This document shows positions 13,801-26,130 of a stretch of 64,000 bases of DNA, piece by piece. How positions within the stretch are numbered: the stretch's first letter is position 1; every line of letters starts with the position of its first letter. The translations under genes were made by a program, and so were the position numbers. A model generated the notes under the pieces. The model saw only the letters and a list, made by a program, of their open reading frames with translations, was not told where the DNA came from and made no database searches. Source of the DNA: Ramazzottius varieornatus (lineage: Eukaryota; Animalia; Tardigrada); the NCBI GenBank assembly GCA_001949185.1, contig BDGG01000004.1:3691777-3755776 (forward strand). The letters run 5' to 3'.

Positions 13801-16800
13801 TTCGTGAAGGACGCGATAAAATTTGTTCGCGAAACGATAACTTCGATGACCGGCCCACGATCTTCGCCTGCAAGAAACATGACCCGTGTCAAGTATCAAA
13901 ACAGAATCCGCAATACAGTAATATGTGGTAGCAGTGAAGAAGTCGAGATGGACGAGATTACAACTTTAAAACTGGGAAAGGGGAAAAATGACATTTTTAC
14001 CGAGCATATGAATTTCGTCAAAGATGAGAAGTTTGACATCTTGCACGTAGTTCCGATGTTGCCAGCTGCGACTTATCCCGTCCCACTTCTCAGGTGTCGT
14101 AATGATCACATCCGCTTCGTTGATGGCTCGAATGTCAGGTGCCGTATCACCGGTCAACTCCACCACCTTCCATCCCATACGACCTTCCAGCCGATCCTTC
14201 CAATCCATCACACGCTCCCTCACCAATGCTTTCAACGGCGCAATATACACCGCCTTACACTTCGTAATGCGAATAGCTCGGAAGATGGCCAGTTCAGCCA
14301 CTATCGTCTTACCGCTGCCTGTTGGGGCTCCCAGGAGGACATTCAGATCGGAATGCATGAGTGTGTGAAAGACCTGCGTTTGAATGGGGTTGAAGTACTG
14401 GAAAGGATACAGAGCCGCTAGCTGCGGGTCCTGCAACGCGGCGGTGGGGAGGGGTTGTAGATTGAGTAACTCGGTACGGAAAGCTATGGACCTCGGGACC
14501 TTCAGACCGCGAAGGTACACAGGCGTCAAGGTTGAGCTGTGAAGGAACTTGTCGGAACGCACATGGACCATCATCTCGCTTGTCCCGAATGAAGGGATGA
14601 TGAACTCCAGCTTGTCCACTTCACCTTTCAGAACCTGCAGCGAAACCATTCCATCAAACTTAGTTCCCAACGGACATACGTCAAACGTTTGGTGCTTGAC
14701 GAGCTGGACGAACCTTGGTTTTCTGAAGCGAGTATTCCTCGGTGTGGAAAGTCATGCTGTTGTTCGGATCTTCCGCCCATATCCAAAAGTTCAGGCTGCG
14801 CTTCGAGCCCAAGAAGTTATCGTTCCATGTGAAGTTCGGAGTGATGGATAGATTGATCTGGATGACAGAGTTCCCGATGGGCTTGGCGGTGGCTTCAACT
14901 TCGAGCAGCGGATAGTGGTCGGCGTAGTTCTTGATCCTCTTGGCCACGCCTTGGTTCTGCACCAGCCTTCCTACAATTCAAACCATAGCGCTCAAAACAA
15001 GCTGAAGCCAGACATTCCTTTCACCGTAAAAGTTTGACTCACCGATGTCGCCTTCTTCGAGTTCCTTCAGTCGTTCAACCGTCAGCTTCTTCTGTTCCAG
15101 GTGTCTGTAGACCGATTCCGGCAAGTCAACGTTGAACTGCCTCAAGGCGTGGTCCCACATCCAGACTTTGCTCTCCACAAACAGGCACATGTTGAGCGCT
15201 TTCGAAGCCAAGGAGCTCCAGTTCTTGTACATGGCCATCTGGAATATAGCTCGCAGGATGCGCGTAGCGTTCTGTTGGCAGTAGTACATGTCGGAGGACA
15301 GGGAGTGAGTGCGCGGAGTTCCACGCGAAATGTAGGTCTGGATCAGGACGCTCACTTTGCCTTCCGAATCTTCCACACCTTCCACCGTGGGAAAGTGGAC
15401 ATAGTCTTGCTTCCATTCGTCCAATTCCACCAACTCCTCGTTCCGTACCTGTTGAGCAGGAAACCAGTCAGAGTCAGTCAGTGTACTGTACCATCACGAC
15501 TTCAAAGAAACCGTAAAGAATCAGATTCCGAAATTAAAATGTTCTGGATGAAGGGAAACTTACTTTGATTTGTGAGAACTCGCTGGACTTGCAGACCAGC
15601 GCAAGTATTTCATATTCCTGCATCATCTCCCTCAATCCTTTCTCCGGGTCCGAAAAGATTTGCATGGTCTTCACATCGATGTAAAACCAGCTGGCAATCG
15701 TCCCGAACTGAGTTGCATGGAAGAGCCCATTGGTTTCGTTGAAGCGAACCAGCCGTGCCTTGTCCAGTTCTCTTCCAGCCGTCGTCGCCTTGTCTCTGAG
15801 ATACGAGTTCATGTACCCACGATAGTCTTCCTAAACCAATGAGCAGACACGAATATTTCCTTATGTTCTAACACCTTATCTATCTTCACGACGATCAAGC
15901 AGCTTACCTGAGCCTTCTTAAGGTTGAATCCGTACAGCAAGTGGTTCTTGGGGATTCTCTGGTAGAGGTAGGTACATTCCAGCCACCTGACAGCATCGGC
16001 GACGCTGGACACATTGCGCAGGACAATTTCGGCATTCAGATGCTCCAACAGGTGGTTGGGCAACTGTGATTCGATGTCCTGACTGGATGTCATCATGCGC
16101 AGGAACTTCGGCATAGAATCGTGAGTCGTGATCAGTGTACCGTGGCCGGATCTAAAAGACGTGTTTCATATAAAAGCCCACCGGTGAGCGCCAGGCGCTA
16201 GGAAACAAATTGATGAACTTACGAGTCGAACTGCGGTCGTCCGGCTCGCCCGAAAATTTGCTGGACATCCAGGACATCGATATCATCAAAGCTGCCCTTC
16301 TCGGGTTTGTATATCTTTGTCCCGAATATGATCACAGCATGCGCCGGCAAGTTCACACCCCAAGCTAAGGTCGCTGTACATACCAAAACCCGAACACCAC
16401 CTGTAGCAAACATGAAATGTATTACGATGCGGGCCACGCCATCCATCCGCTTTCAAGAGCTGACTTGTTTGTCGACCACTGTCACGCCTGCTGGTGTATA
16501 GAAAATTTGATTACACCATGTGGCAAGTGCAATACAGTGGACACAACGAAGAATCAACATTTGGAACCGGATGTACATTCTAACATCGGAGTAGACAATC
16601 GGAATGCCAAAGCGGATTCATTGGCGTTGATTGTACATTCTAACATCGGAGTAGACAATCGGAATGCCAAAGCGGATTCATTGGCGTTGATTGTACATTC
16701 TAACATCGGAGTAGACAATCGGAATGCCAAAGCGGATTCATTGGCGTTGATTGTACATTCTAACATCGGAGTAGACAATCGGAATGCCAAAGCGGATTCA

Positions 16801-19800
16801 TTGGCGTTGATTGTACATTCTAACATCGGAGTAGACAATCGGAATGCCAAAGCGGATTCATTGGCTATTACCGTCTTTGAACATGCGCTCAACGATGTTA
16901 CGATCTGTCCTGATCATTCCAGCGTGATGTACACCCAGGCCATCCGGCAGCAGGACCTTCAGCTCGCGGTTCGACGTCTTGGCGGCTAGGTTTGTAAGCT
17001 GTTTGACCACCGTGCGGCTCACGACGTTTCGGTTCTCGTAGTCGTCTTCATCAGGATTAGGCCTAAAAAGATCCAGCTCGCCATGCTCGATGGCCTTTTC
17101 TCGAATGGTATTGGCGACCCGATGCGTCTGGTTCCTGGCGTGGACGAAGACTAGAACCTGAAGTTCCGAACGATGAACCATCTCTTGTCGAAATATTTCT
17201 GAAAAGTTTCTCGTTACCTGGTATCCCTTGCGGACTTGGAACAGGAGCTTGTCGTACAGGACCTCGTACATCGCTTGTTCGGACTTCATGTGCGCGACCT
17301 GCTTCATACCGATGAAAGTTTGTTGAAGCGGAACTGGCCGGAAACGACCGTCGAAGAAGAATAGCGCTTTCTCCTTGTTAACCCGGAGGAAGTCGGCCAC
17401 GTCAACGTAGTTGGGAAGTGTGGCGGACAGGCCTAGAATTCGAACCATCTTCTGTTGCTCTTCCACCTAAATACGTACATGTTGAATGGCATACCGTGCA
17501 CTACACAGAAGTAGAAAAATCTGGAAGCGGTAAAACAAAAGCCGCGTACCATATGAAGCGTTCTTGCGACAAGACTTTCGATCACAGGACCACGTTCGTC
17601 GTTTAACAGGTGGATTTCGTCGATGATAAGAAGCGTCACTTGGGAGACCAGCTTCGTGTCGCCCACACTCTTTCGAGTAATTACATCCCATTTTTCCGGT
17701 GTGGTAATGATCATCTGGGAAAAGAGCGATGCTCAGACAGGGAATTCAGTGCGCAACGAGCATTGAAGAAACGTCGTACCTGCGTCTTTTCCAGCTCGAA
17801 CTTGTTGACGTTCGTATCGCCGGTCACTTCCTCGACCCGAATCTTGTACGCTTTGAGGCGCTCGCTGAATGTCCTTACCATCTCAGAAGCCAACGCCTTC
17901 ATGGGAGCGACGTAGATAATCTTCAGGTTCTTGTCGACGCCGGCGGAAGTTAAGTTCTGCGCGATCTCCCGAGCGATGCAGAGCATAGCGGTGTTGGTTT
18001 TACCCGCGCCAGTAGGAGCACACACCAGCATGTTCTCGTTGGAAGTGTACGCAGTGCTGTACACCATACTCTGTATCCGGTTGAGTGTTTCATATCCCGC
18101 GAACAGGTTCTTGATGACCTACCAAGAATTTTAAAGGGTTAAACGAAAGTCGTAACAGACGCTTTCGTCAAAATACGAACTTGTCAACAACTTCGCAAAA
18201 TTCATCAGCTCGTACCTCGTCCATATCGTTGATCCTGATCAGTGGAGGGAACTCGGGAAGGGAAGATTGTGACGGCGGCAGGACGTCATACTCTTCATAC
18301 AAAGCAGTGCTTCGAACTTCGTGAGGCGGCAAGGTGATCTGGCGAATTGCGATCAACAATACAGATAAGCGCAAAAAATAACGTCATGGTTTTGTTACCT
18401 TGTGTCCCTGGATAAAAGCCGCAGACTGTTTCGCTGCCTTCATCTGGTCGAAAACGAATGGGTAATGGACTATGCTGTGTCCATCAGGCACACCTCGCTG
18501 TGACTCCCTGAGCTCGCGAAGATGGAGCTGCCTGGCAAAATCCGCATCGAAGTCGGTCTGCCAACCAAGCGAAATTTTGAAAGCTTGTTTTTTTAATTTT
18601 CTTCGATGGACAACACTTCTAAGAGCTGATGACAAAACGTACCGGAAAGCCATTTTGCGGCTGTTGCCAGTCCTGCTTGTTTCCTCGAGCCCTGTTCTGT
18701 TGCTTTCCGTCCCTCACATTGTTAGTTCTACGATTTTCCACATTCCGTCGAATGGCAGGACGATTCGAAAGCAGGGAGCCGATCAAATCCAGATTGTCAA
18801 AACCGAGTATTTCGAATAGCTGAAACCATTTAGATACTCTGTTAACCCAGACGCCTAAAATCATACCATAAAACTTTGTACTCCGTTCGTTCACTTACCT
18901 CGCTCTGGACAGATTCTTCTGGTGCATCACCAGTCAGGAGATTTTCTATCACAGGAATGAAATCCTCTATCGTACTGGAAGAGCCGTCGGCGCTCACGAA
19001 CTCCTTGATCAAAAGCCATACAAGATCACTTGTTCGGCCTGACGAGTTCTGACTACGCGAATAGTTGTCGCTGCGTTCGGCGGTCTTGCTAGTACCATTC
19101 GTACTTGGCTTGGCCTCGACCGCGGGTTCCGCTGTGAAACTCTGCTTAATGCTGTTCAGAATCTTGTTGGATTTCAAACTAGTCGGAGCGAATGAAGTGG
19201 TCAATTCGGTTGGCGCGGAGTTGGGCGAAAACAGCGCCTGCAGCTGGTCGATTTCTTTCCCACTTACGGTTGGCTGGACCCTAGTCGAGTTCTTGACCCA
19301 TTCGTCCCACGTTGTACTGGTGAGGATATTGCGGAGTTTCCGGATTAGCGACACCGCCGCTTCGCTAAATGAGTTCACCACGTCTGAATCGATGAATATT
19401 TTCCGAAGCGCATCCTTTTCTTTCTTCCCTACTACTTTCACTGAGTATTCTTGAAGGATGCGAAAGGCTGTGGCAACCGTATCATCCGCCGAAAGCTGTC
19501 CATCATCGAAGTCGCCTGTTGGAGAGACAGAAATCCGTATATATGAGCTCATTCGCTACGTCTTCAAACTGCACTTACGATATTTCTTGACGGCTTCTCG
19601 AAATGCAAACAATGACGCTGCCAGCTCATTTTCAAAGCTCTTATCATCCAAAGCACTGTTCAGCGAAGATACAATAGCTTCCCAGTCCGACAATCCCAGA
19701 CGTTGTTGTTCGATAGCGCCGTGAGCAGCTGGTCCAGCTTTGCCAGCTTTTACTTCGCGGCTCTCCTGATGCCAAAGTATCGAGCTAAGGCGTCCGTAAT

Positions 19801-19804
19801 CCAT
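10884..19804 (-). CDS. ASCC3: Activating signal cointegrator 1 complex subunit 3 (tandem Ski2-like helicase with Sec63 domains)
   Basis: Two helicase cassettes: [35 protein letters not shown], and [41 protein letters not shown]. Sec63 segments PVRHNED and [20 protein letters not shown] favours ASCC3 over BRR2. Confidence 0.95.
16572..16865. repeat. Perfect 60-bp tandem repeat (4.9 copies) inside ASCC3 intron 16401-16871
   Basis: Unit TGTACATTCTAACATCGGAGTAGACAATCGGAATGCCAAAGCGGATTCATTGGCGTTGAT repeats identically; the last copy ends 4 bp from the GT donor. Confidence 0.98.
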
Positions 19805-20480
19805 ATTCTCATCTAATTACCAATTAGTGGCCACATCAACAGGCGATTGCAGACGCGCAGTCTCACCTCCAGTGGTACTCCGTCTCTGCGATGACAGACC
19901 GCGGTGAGACAAATCCGGTGCACGACACGTCCTAGTTCCCGGTGAGTATGGGGGCAAACGGCGAGGAACGCTGTCGTCGATCAGGATGACAGGAATGGCG
20001 AGACCGGAAGCTCTTCTTGAACGAAGCAAAGATCAGCAAAGATGAATTGTCTCGTATTCATAGAGAGTCTGAAGTCTGAACTGTTTGGGTGAAAGAGCTC
20101 CGCCCTTAGCCCAGGGGCGTATTCGCTTGGGCCCTGAATTGGAGAAGGTCACCTGAACTATGTTTTGAACTTCTGGTCCTTTTGGATTTCGACCTTCGTG
20201 CACTTAATTGATAAAAGTGTAGCTAAAGATTCTTCTTCCCGATTTCGCGATACCTGGAACATCGCGTAGTCAACTATCACGATTAATCTGTGAAGCGCTG
20301 ATGATCTGGGAAAACAACAGCATCCGTTGAGTTCAACGGTTGGACGGAGGACAGTCCGATTAATGATCCACACATCCAAGCTGACCTGCATCCGATCGCG
20401 TCACCGATAAGGACAGAATAGCCCACCTTTCTGATACTACTGACCGCTGAAACAAGCACCTCGTACTCCACGCTTGTACC

Positions 20481-23180
20481 ATGGACGAGCAGGACAAGCT
20501 TCTCGACGATTGCCTTAGAGCGGTCAAGCAAGAAGCCTTCCAGATGAAGCGCTGTATTGACAAGAGCCGTCTGATGGACGCCCTTAAGCATGCTTCATCA
20601 ATGCTGATGGAGCTGCGAACCGGAAGTCTGACTCCCAAGAACTACTATGAACTGTATATGGCCGTATGTGCTGAGCTCAACCAGCTCCAGATGTTCCTGC
20701 TGGATGAGTTCCAACGAGGAAACAAGCTGTCGGAGTTGTACGAGCTGGTACAATATGCCAGTAACATCATTCCGAGGCTGTAAGTCAACTTCGGATACTA
20801 CTTCCGTTTCCATTGTACGAGGAACTAGGCGAATCGTACTACTCGTAGGTATCTGCTGGTGACTATCGGGGTTGTCTTTATCAAAAGCCACGAAAGTTCT
20901 AGGAAGGACATCATGAAGGACTTAGTCGAGATGTGTCGAGGTATTATCATCACCAAGTTTGTCTGGTTGGGATACGCTATGGAATTTTGAAGGAACTGTC
21001 TTTCCTAGGTGTCCAGCATCCGTTACGCGGACTGTTTCTCCGTAACTACTTGCTACAAGAATGTAAGCATGTGTTGCCGGATGTCCTGGTTGAAGTGGCA
21101 AACGAATCTTCGCCGGATGACGCCTCTCAGAATGGTACCGTGCTGGATTCGGTCGACTTTGTCTTAACAAACTTTGCAGAAATGAACAAGCTGTGGGTGC
21201 GAATGCAACATCAAGGCCATTCGCGAGACCGAGTACGTCGTGAACGAGAGCGCCAAGAACTACGTCTGCTAGTTGGCACCAACTTGGTTCGCCTTAGTCA
21301 GTTGGAATCCATCGACATAGACAGGTGGGTAGCGTGAACCAAATAGGATGAGTCGGCCACCCCAGAATGTTAATGAAGGGTGACGTCATACAGTCAGATG
21401 CAGCCAGGTGGCCGAGTTACCAATTGTGCCCGTCTGGATGTGAATGGAAGTTTGTTGACGCTGTTTTTTGCATTGACAGGTACATCAAGAACGTCCTTCC
21501 TGGTGTTTTGGAGCAGACCGTCAGCTGTCGAGATGCTATCGCCCAAGAGTACCTGATGGAGTGTATCATTCAAGTGTTCCCTGACGATTTCCATATAGAA
21601 ACACTACAGACATTCCTCAAAGCTTGCTCAGAGTTACAAACAGGTGTGAACATACGCAGAGTTGTTGGAGCTCTGATCGATCGTTTGGCCGTGTACTCAC
21701 AAAGGCAAGACACAAGCGAGATTCCAGGACATATTCACCTGTTCGACATCTTCAACAGACAGATTGCGGCAATCTTTGCAGCTAAGCCTGAGCTTCCACT
21801 GGAGGACGTTGTGGCGTTAGAAGTGGCGTTGGCTAACTTGGCCTTGAAGTGCTATCCTGATCGAATAGATCTGGTGGATCAGGTTCTCCAAAACGTCGAT
21901 GAGGTGTTCCAGAAGCAGTCCGTTGAAGAGATTCCGAGTGATTCGGCTGTCAGTAAAGAGCTGCTCAAGCTACTCAAAGTTCCACTGGACCATTACAAGG
22001 ATATCCTGACAGTTCTCCGCCTGCAGCACTACTCCAATTTACTGAAATACCTGAACTTCAAGCCAAAGAAGGAAATCAGCTTGAATGTCATCCGAAGTAT
22101 CGTCGACAATGCTACTGTCATTTCTAACCTGGAAGAGGTTAGTGCTACATTCTGAATATCTTGTACACCCAGTCTGCTTACTTCTGGCTGTTCTCACAGG
22201 TGGAGTCTTTACTCCAAATGGTTAAACCGCTCATCGAAGATCATCCGTCAGTGACGGTAGACCACACCAGCGACGAGTTCATCGAAGAGCAGACGACGGT
22301 AGGGAAGCTAATCCATTTCCTGAAAGCTCCTGAAATGGACCTTCAGTGTCAGATTCTGGGCACTGTCCGTAACTTCTTTGGTGAGGGCGGTATCCATCGC
22401 GTAAGCTACACGCTACCGACCATCCTGTTCCTGTCGTATGACCTGGCCTACGGCTACTTCCTGGTCCGCGAGGAAGACACCAAATGGAACAAGAAGTGCC
22501 AGAAAGTGTTCCAGTTCTGCCATCAGACAATCACAGCTTTAGCCAAACTAGAGCTGTTTGAGCTGTGTGCCCGCTTGTTCCTTCAAGGCGTCCTTGCTTT
22601 GTCCAGAATACCTTTTGACACTCGTGAAACCGTTGCTTATGAGTTCATGACTCAGGTCTTTTCTATCTACGAAGATGAAATATCAGATTCCAAAGCTCAA
22701 ATATCCACAATCTTCCTCATAATCGGCACACTGCAACATGTCAGCTGTTTTTCGGAAGAGAACCACGAACCGTTGAGAACGCAATGCGCACTCGCAGCTG
22801 CGAAACTTCTGAAGAAGCCAGATCAGTGTCGAGCTCTAGTGGCTGCGGCGAACCTGTTTTGGTCCGGTAAGGTGGGAGAGAAGGAATTGAAAGACACAAA
22901 ACGGGTGATGGACTGCCTGAAGAAAGCCTTGCGAGTGGCGTCGCAGTGTATGGACAACCTCGTGAAGATCCAGCTGTATGTGGAAGTCGCCGACGCCTAC
23001 GCGGTGTTTCAGCAGCGAGGTGTGGACGCGATAACGGATGAGATGCTGATTCAGATGCTACAGAAGATCCAAGATGAACTTCCGTCTTTGGAGGTCTCTG
23101 ATGAATCTGTCCATGTCAACAAGCACTTCCAGAATTGTCTGGATCAGCTGAAGAAGCTGAAGCCGGACATTCCTTTCTAG
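20481..23180 (+). CDS. VPS35: Retromer subunit VPS35
   Basis: [39 protein letters not shown]|[47 protein letters not shown]. Confidence 0.98.
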
Positions 23181-24048
23181 ACCGGAGTGTACGGTGGACG
23201 CTGGGATGTCGCTGGAATTTGGAGTTTGGAGACACAAGACACAGGTACGTTTTTTTACCAGTACATAGTGGACTTCCTCACCCTGTGACAATACATTGAT
23301 ACCTTTTTCTTTACTGGAGGCTCAATCATTCAACGTAATTCAGTTGGTAAGTTCTGGGGAAAGGTAACGGTTCTCATTAGACCTGCAAACTACGTTCGCC
23401 GTAATCGTGGTCGACAAGGCATGTTGGTACAAGGCATGTTAGTATAAATTGTTTGCTAGTTCTTTTATTATGGTTTTACCATTCTTCGATATTGCTGTGA
23501 TTCTACTCAAGACTATCTTTCAAACTCATCTCTCATGTTTACCTTTTTAGTCCGCTTTCTGGAATCGATATTAAATTATCAAGCTAATGCGCGTGGCGGG
23601 TTCTTAGCTTCGTCGAGATCGTCTTCCATCACATGCGAAGTCGATGGTTCATTCAACCTCAATCAAGCAGCTGCATGACGAGCTTCGAGATAGCCATTGG
23701 TCGAACTAAGAGCATTATCTTTCTTACTTGATTAAAGCTCAGTGGATGTAAGAGTTTCGAAGTTTCAAAGAGTTGTCAAAAAGAGTTTCGAAGTACTGTA
23801 CGCTGCTGTGGATCCGGGACGAGCCCCGCTCTAAGCGCTTTGTAGCTTGGTGTAACAAAAGCAGGTCAAAGTGGCGTGTCTCGCTGTATATACCTGGGAA
23901 AAGCTGCCTTCGCACCTTGTTATGCTGTCAGACAAATTCTTCGATTCTAAACGACTCCAGCACTCAAAGCTGTTCCTTGCTCATTTCGTCGGTCTGCAAG
24001 AAATATTGTAATCATTCAAGAGAAGTAGGTTTTTGTAGTTGCTCGGTT

Positions 24049-25329
24049 ATGACTCCTTCCAAGGGATGTTGGTACTTGGCCCTTTTGTCCGCCTTATGTA
24101 TTTTGGCTGCTTCTGTCACGGAAGTTATCACTCTGTAAGTCTGTCACTATTCAAAGACAACTTTCTGCGAAGTGACTGAAAGCTGGTCGCTGAAGTGTCA
24201 CTGTGTTTTACAGAACATGGAGAAACTGGATACAACTGACGATCCCACCGGACTTTAAGCACCACAACAGGACACGCCGGGTTTTTATTGGATTATGGGG
24301 AATCTGCGGGCCAAACATGGGAGAATGCTTTGCTTTTCACGCAGAGGGACAAGACCTTCCGTGTAAGTACTGTATCACGTTATCCTGACCTCGGAAGTTA
24401 TCCCAGGAATTCTTAAAAATTTATGCAGCAATGATCATCTTCATCTTTCTTTTAGGGCATCTGCAAATATCGATCTTCCTCTCCATGTTTTCCATATGTC
24501 TTTTGTTCCTGGCATTCTGCCTGAGCTTCGTGGAACTGATGTACATGGTGAACAGGAAGCGAACATTTCCGCTCAAGAGAGCTCAGGTCTACTTGGCTTT
24601 ATCCACAGGTACTGTACGTCGTTTCAATGTATGGGGTGAAGTGTTTCTGAGAGACATCCGCATTCTACTTATTCGGCGAGGTTTTATATTGACGTGGCAC
24701 ATTGCTTTGCAGAAATCTTGAGCGTGGTAATTGCTGCCACCATGGGTCTGGCGAGCATTGGCGGATATGAGCAGAATTTCTGGACTATCTTAAAGGACCA
24801 CATGCGATTTCCGGGTCCAGAGGAGCTACCTGCAGGGTCTCGATGTTCGCTCGGTCAGGCGTGGGGCTTTCAGGTTGGTTCTCTCGATCACTGTGGCCAA
24901 ATGAAGTCTAACATGTTGAAATTTTAACTTTCTTCGCAGGTTCTTATCATCGTGTATCTCACCTGCTACCTTCTGCTAGCTCGAATCCAGCTTACGAAAA
25001 CCTCTCTCGGTCGTTCGGCCACGCTGGCTGACCGACGTGACATGGTACAGGAAGCTCTTATCCGGCCACGTATCGTTCTTCTGACTCCTGACTTGACCGG
25101 TACCAGTACTCGAACACACCGAACTCCGCCGCCCGCGTATTCCCCTCCGCCAGTTTATGTTCCAGGAGACGCCGTAAGAGACACGCGCCAGCCAATGTTG
25201 GGAGCGGATGTGGTGCAGGAACGCGGAACTCATGACCAGCCGGTGCTCCCGGAAGTGTCGGCGTGCTTGCATGATTGCCCACGCCGTAGCTCAACTCTTT
25301 CCGTTGAACTGCGGCAGTTTTTGGTGTGA
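24049..25329 (+). CDS. Claudin/PMP-22 superfamily tetraspan membrane protein
   Basis: TM1, then W...IGLWGICGPNMGEC (W-GLW-C-C signature). Three further hydrophobic exons, SLGQAWGFQV before TM4, and a Pro-rich cytoplasmic tail. Confidence 0.7.
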
Positions 25330-26130
25330 AGAAACAAATACAACAGCTCTTTTTTTTCAACACTTTCGAATTTTCCAAGCTTTTTCTGTAAGGATAGATT
25401 TTAGTTTTGCGATCGGTTTCATACAGTATTTAAGTTTTAGGTGTTTTAGAGTTAATTATGAAGCTTCCCGCACGGTACTTTCTGAATCGACTGATATTTT
25501 ATGGACTACCATAGTTTTCCATTCCTGCATTTGAAGGATTCTTCATCGAGAAAAGTTGGTCAGCTTCGTTGGGGTTTTGCGAAAATTAAGCTTGAGGTCC
25601 AAAACTGTAAAAAAATGGCTACGAACAATCGTAAGGGCGGGAACAGGTAATGGTAACCGGATGACGTCGGCATCAACCGACTTCGTTTTGCTTGATTGCT
25701 GATTCAGGACCTAATGCAGAACCACTTTGTTCCGGAGAATATTGAGCATAGTCAAAATTTTCCAACCTTTCTCTTCAAATCTGTTCCGATTATTTTTCTG
25801 ACTCGTCTCATGGACTATCCCAGAATCTCCTGCGAAGACTGCGATTTTGATCACAGCTCTTACAGAACACCTACGGTGGACAGCATTCGTGAAGTCCGAG
25901 GAGGTCCTGCCGCACCCGTAGTCTAAACTAGATCTGCCTGCCCCTCAGTTTACTCGATCGTTTATTTATCTTTACAGTTCGGATCCTTCCAACGACTGCC
26001 GCTTGTTAGGTGATCGATCTGCACGCGTCTCACGAGCAACTCTCTCGCTCAGGTAGCTTGATCCTCTATGAAGTACCTATGATTGAACATGATATTCATA
26101 GGAGCATCTGGATGCTGAAGCTGCAGTGAC

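Noticed and set aside
13708-15568. Long antisense ORFs over ASCC3 (and similar ones over INO80, SCaMC and NXF1)
   Set aside because: Shadow frames of real coding exons with no independent coding signal.
16417-16989. Repeat ORFs ([20 protein letters not shown])n and a CRISPR-like appearance
   Set aside because: An artefact of the 60-bp intronic tandem repeat; there are no unique spacers and no cas genes.
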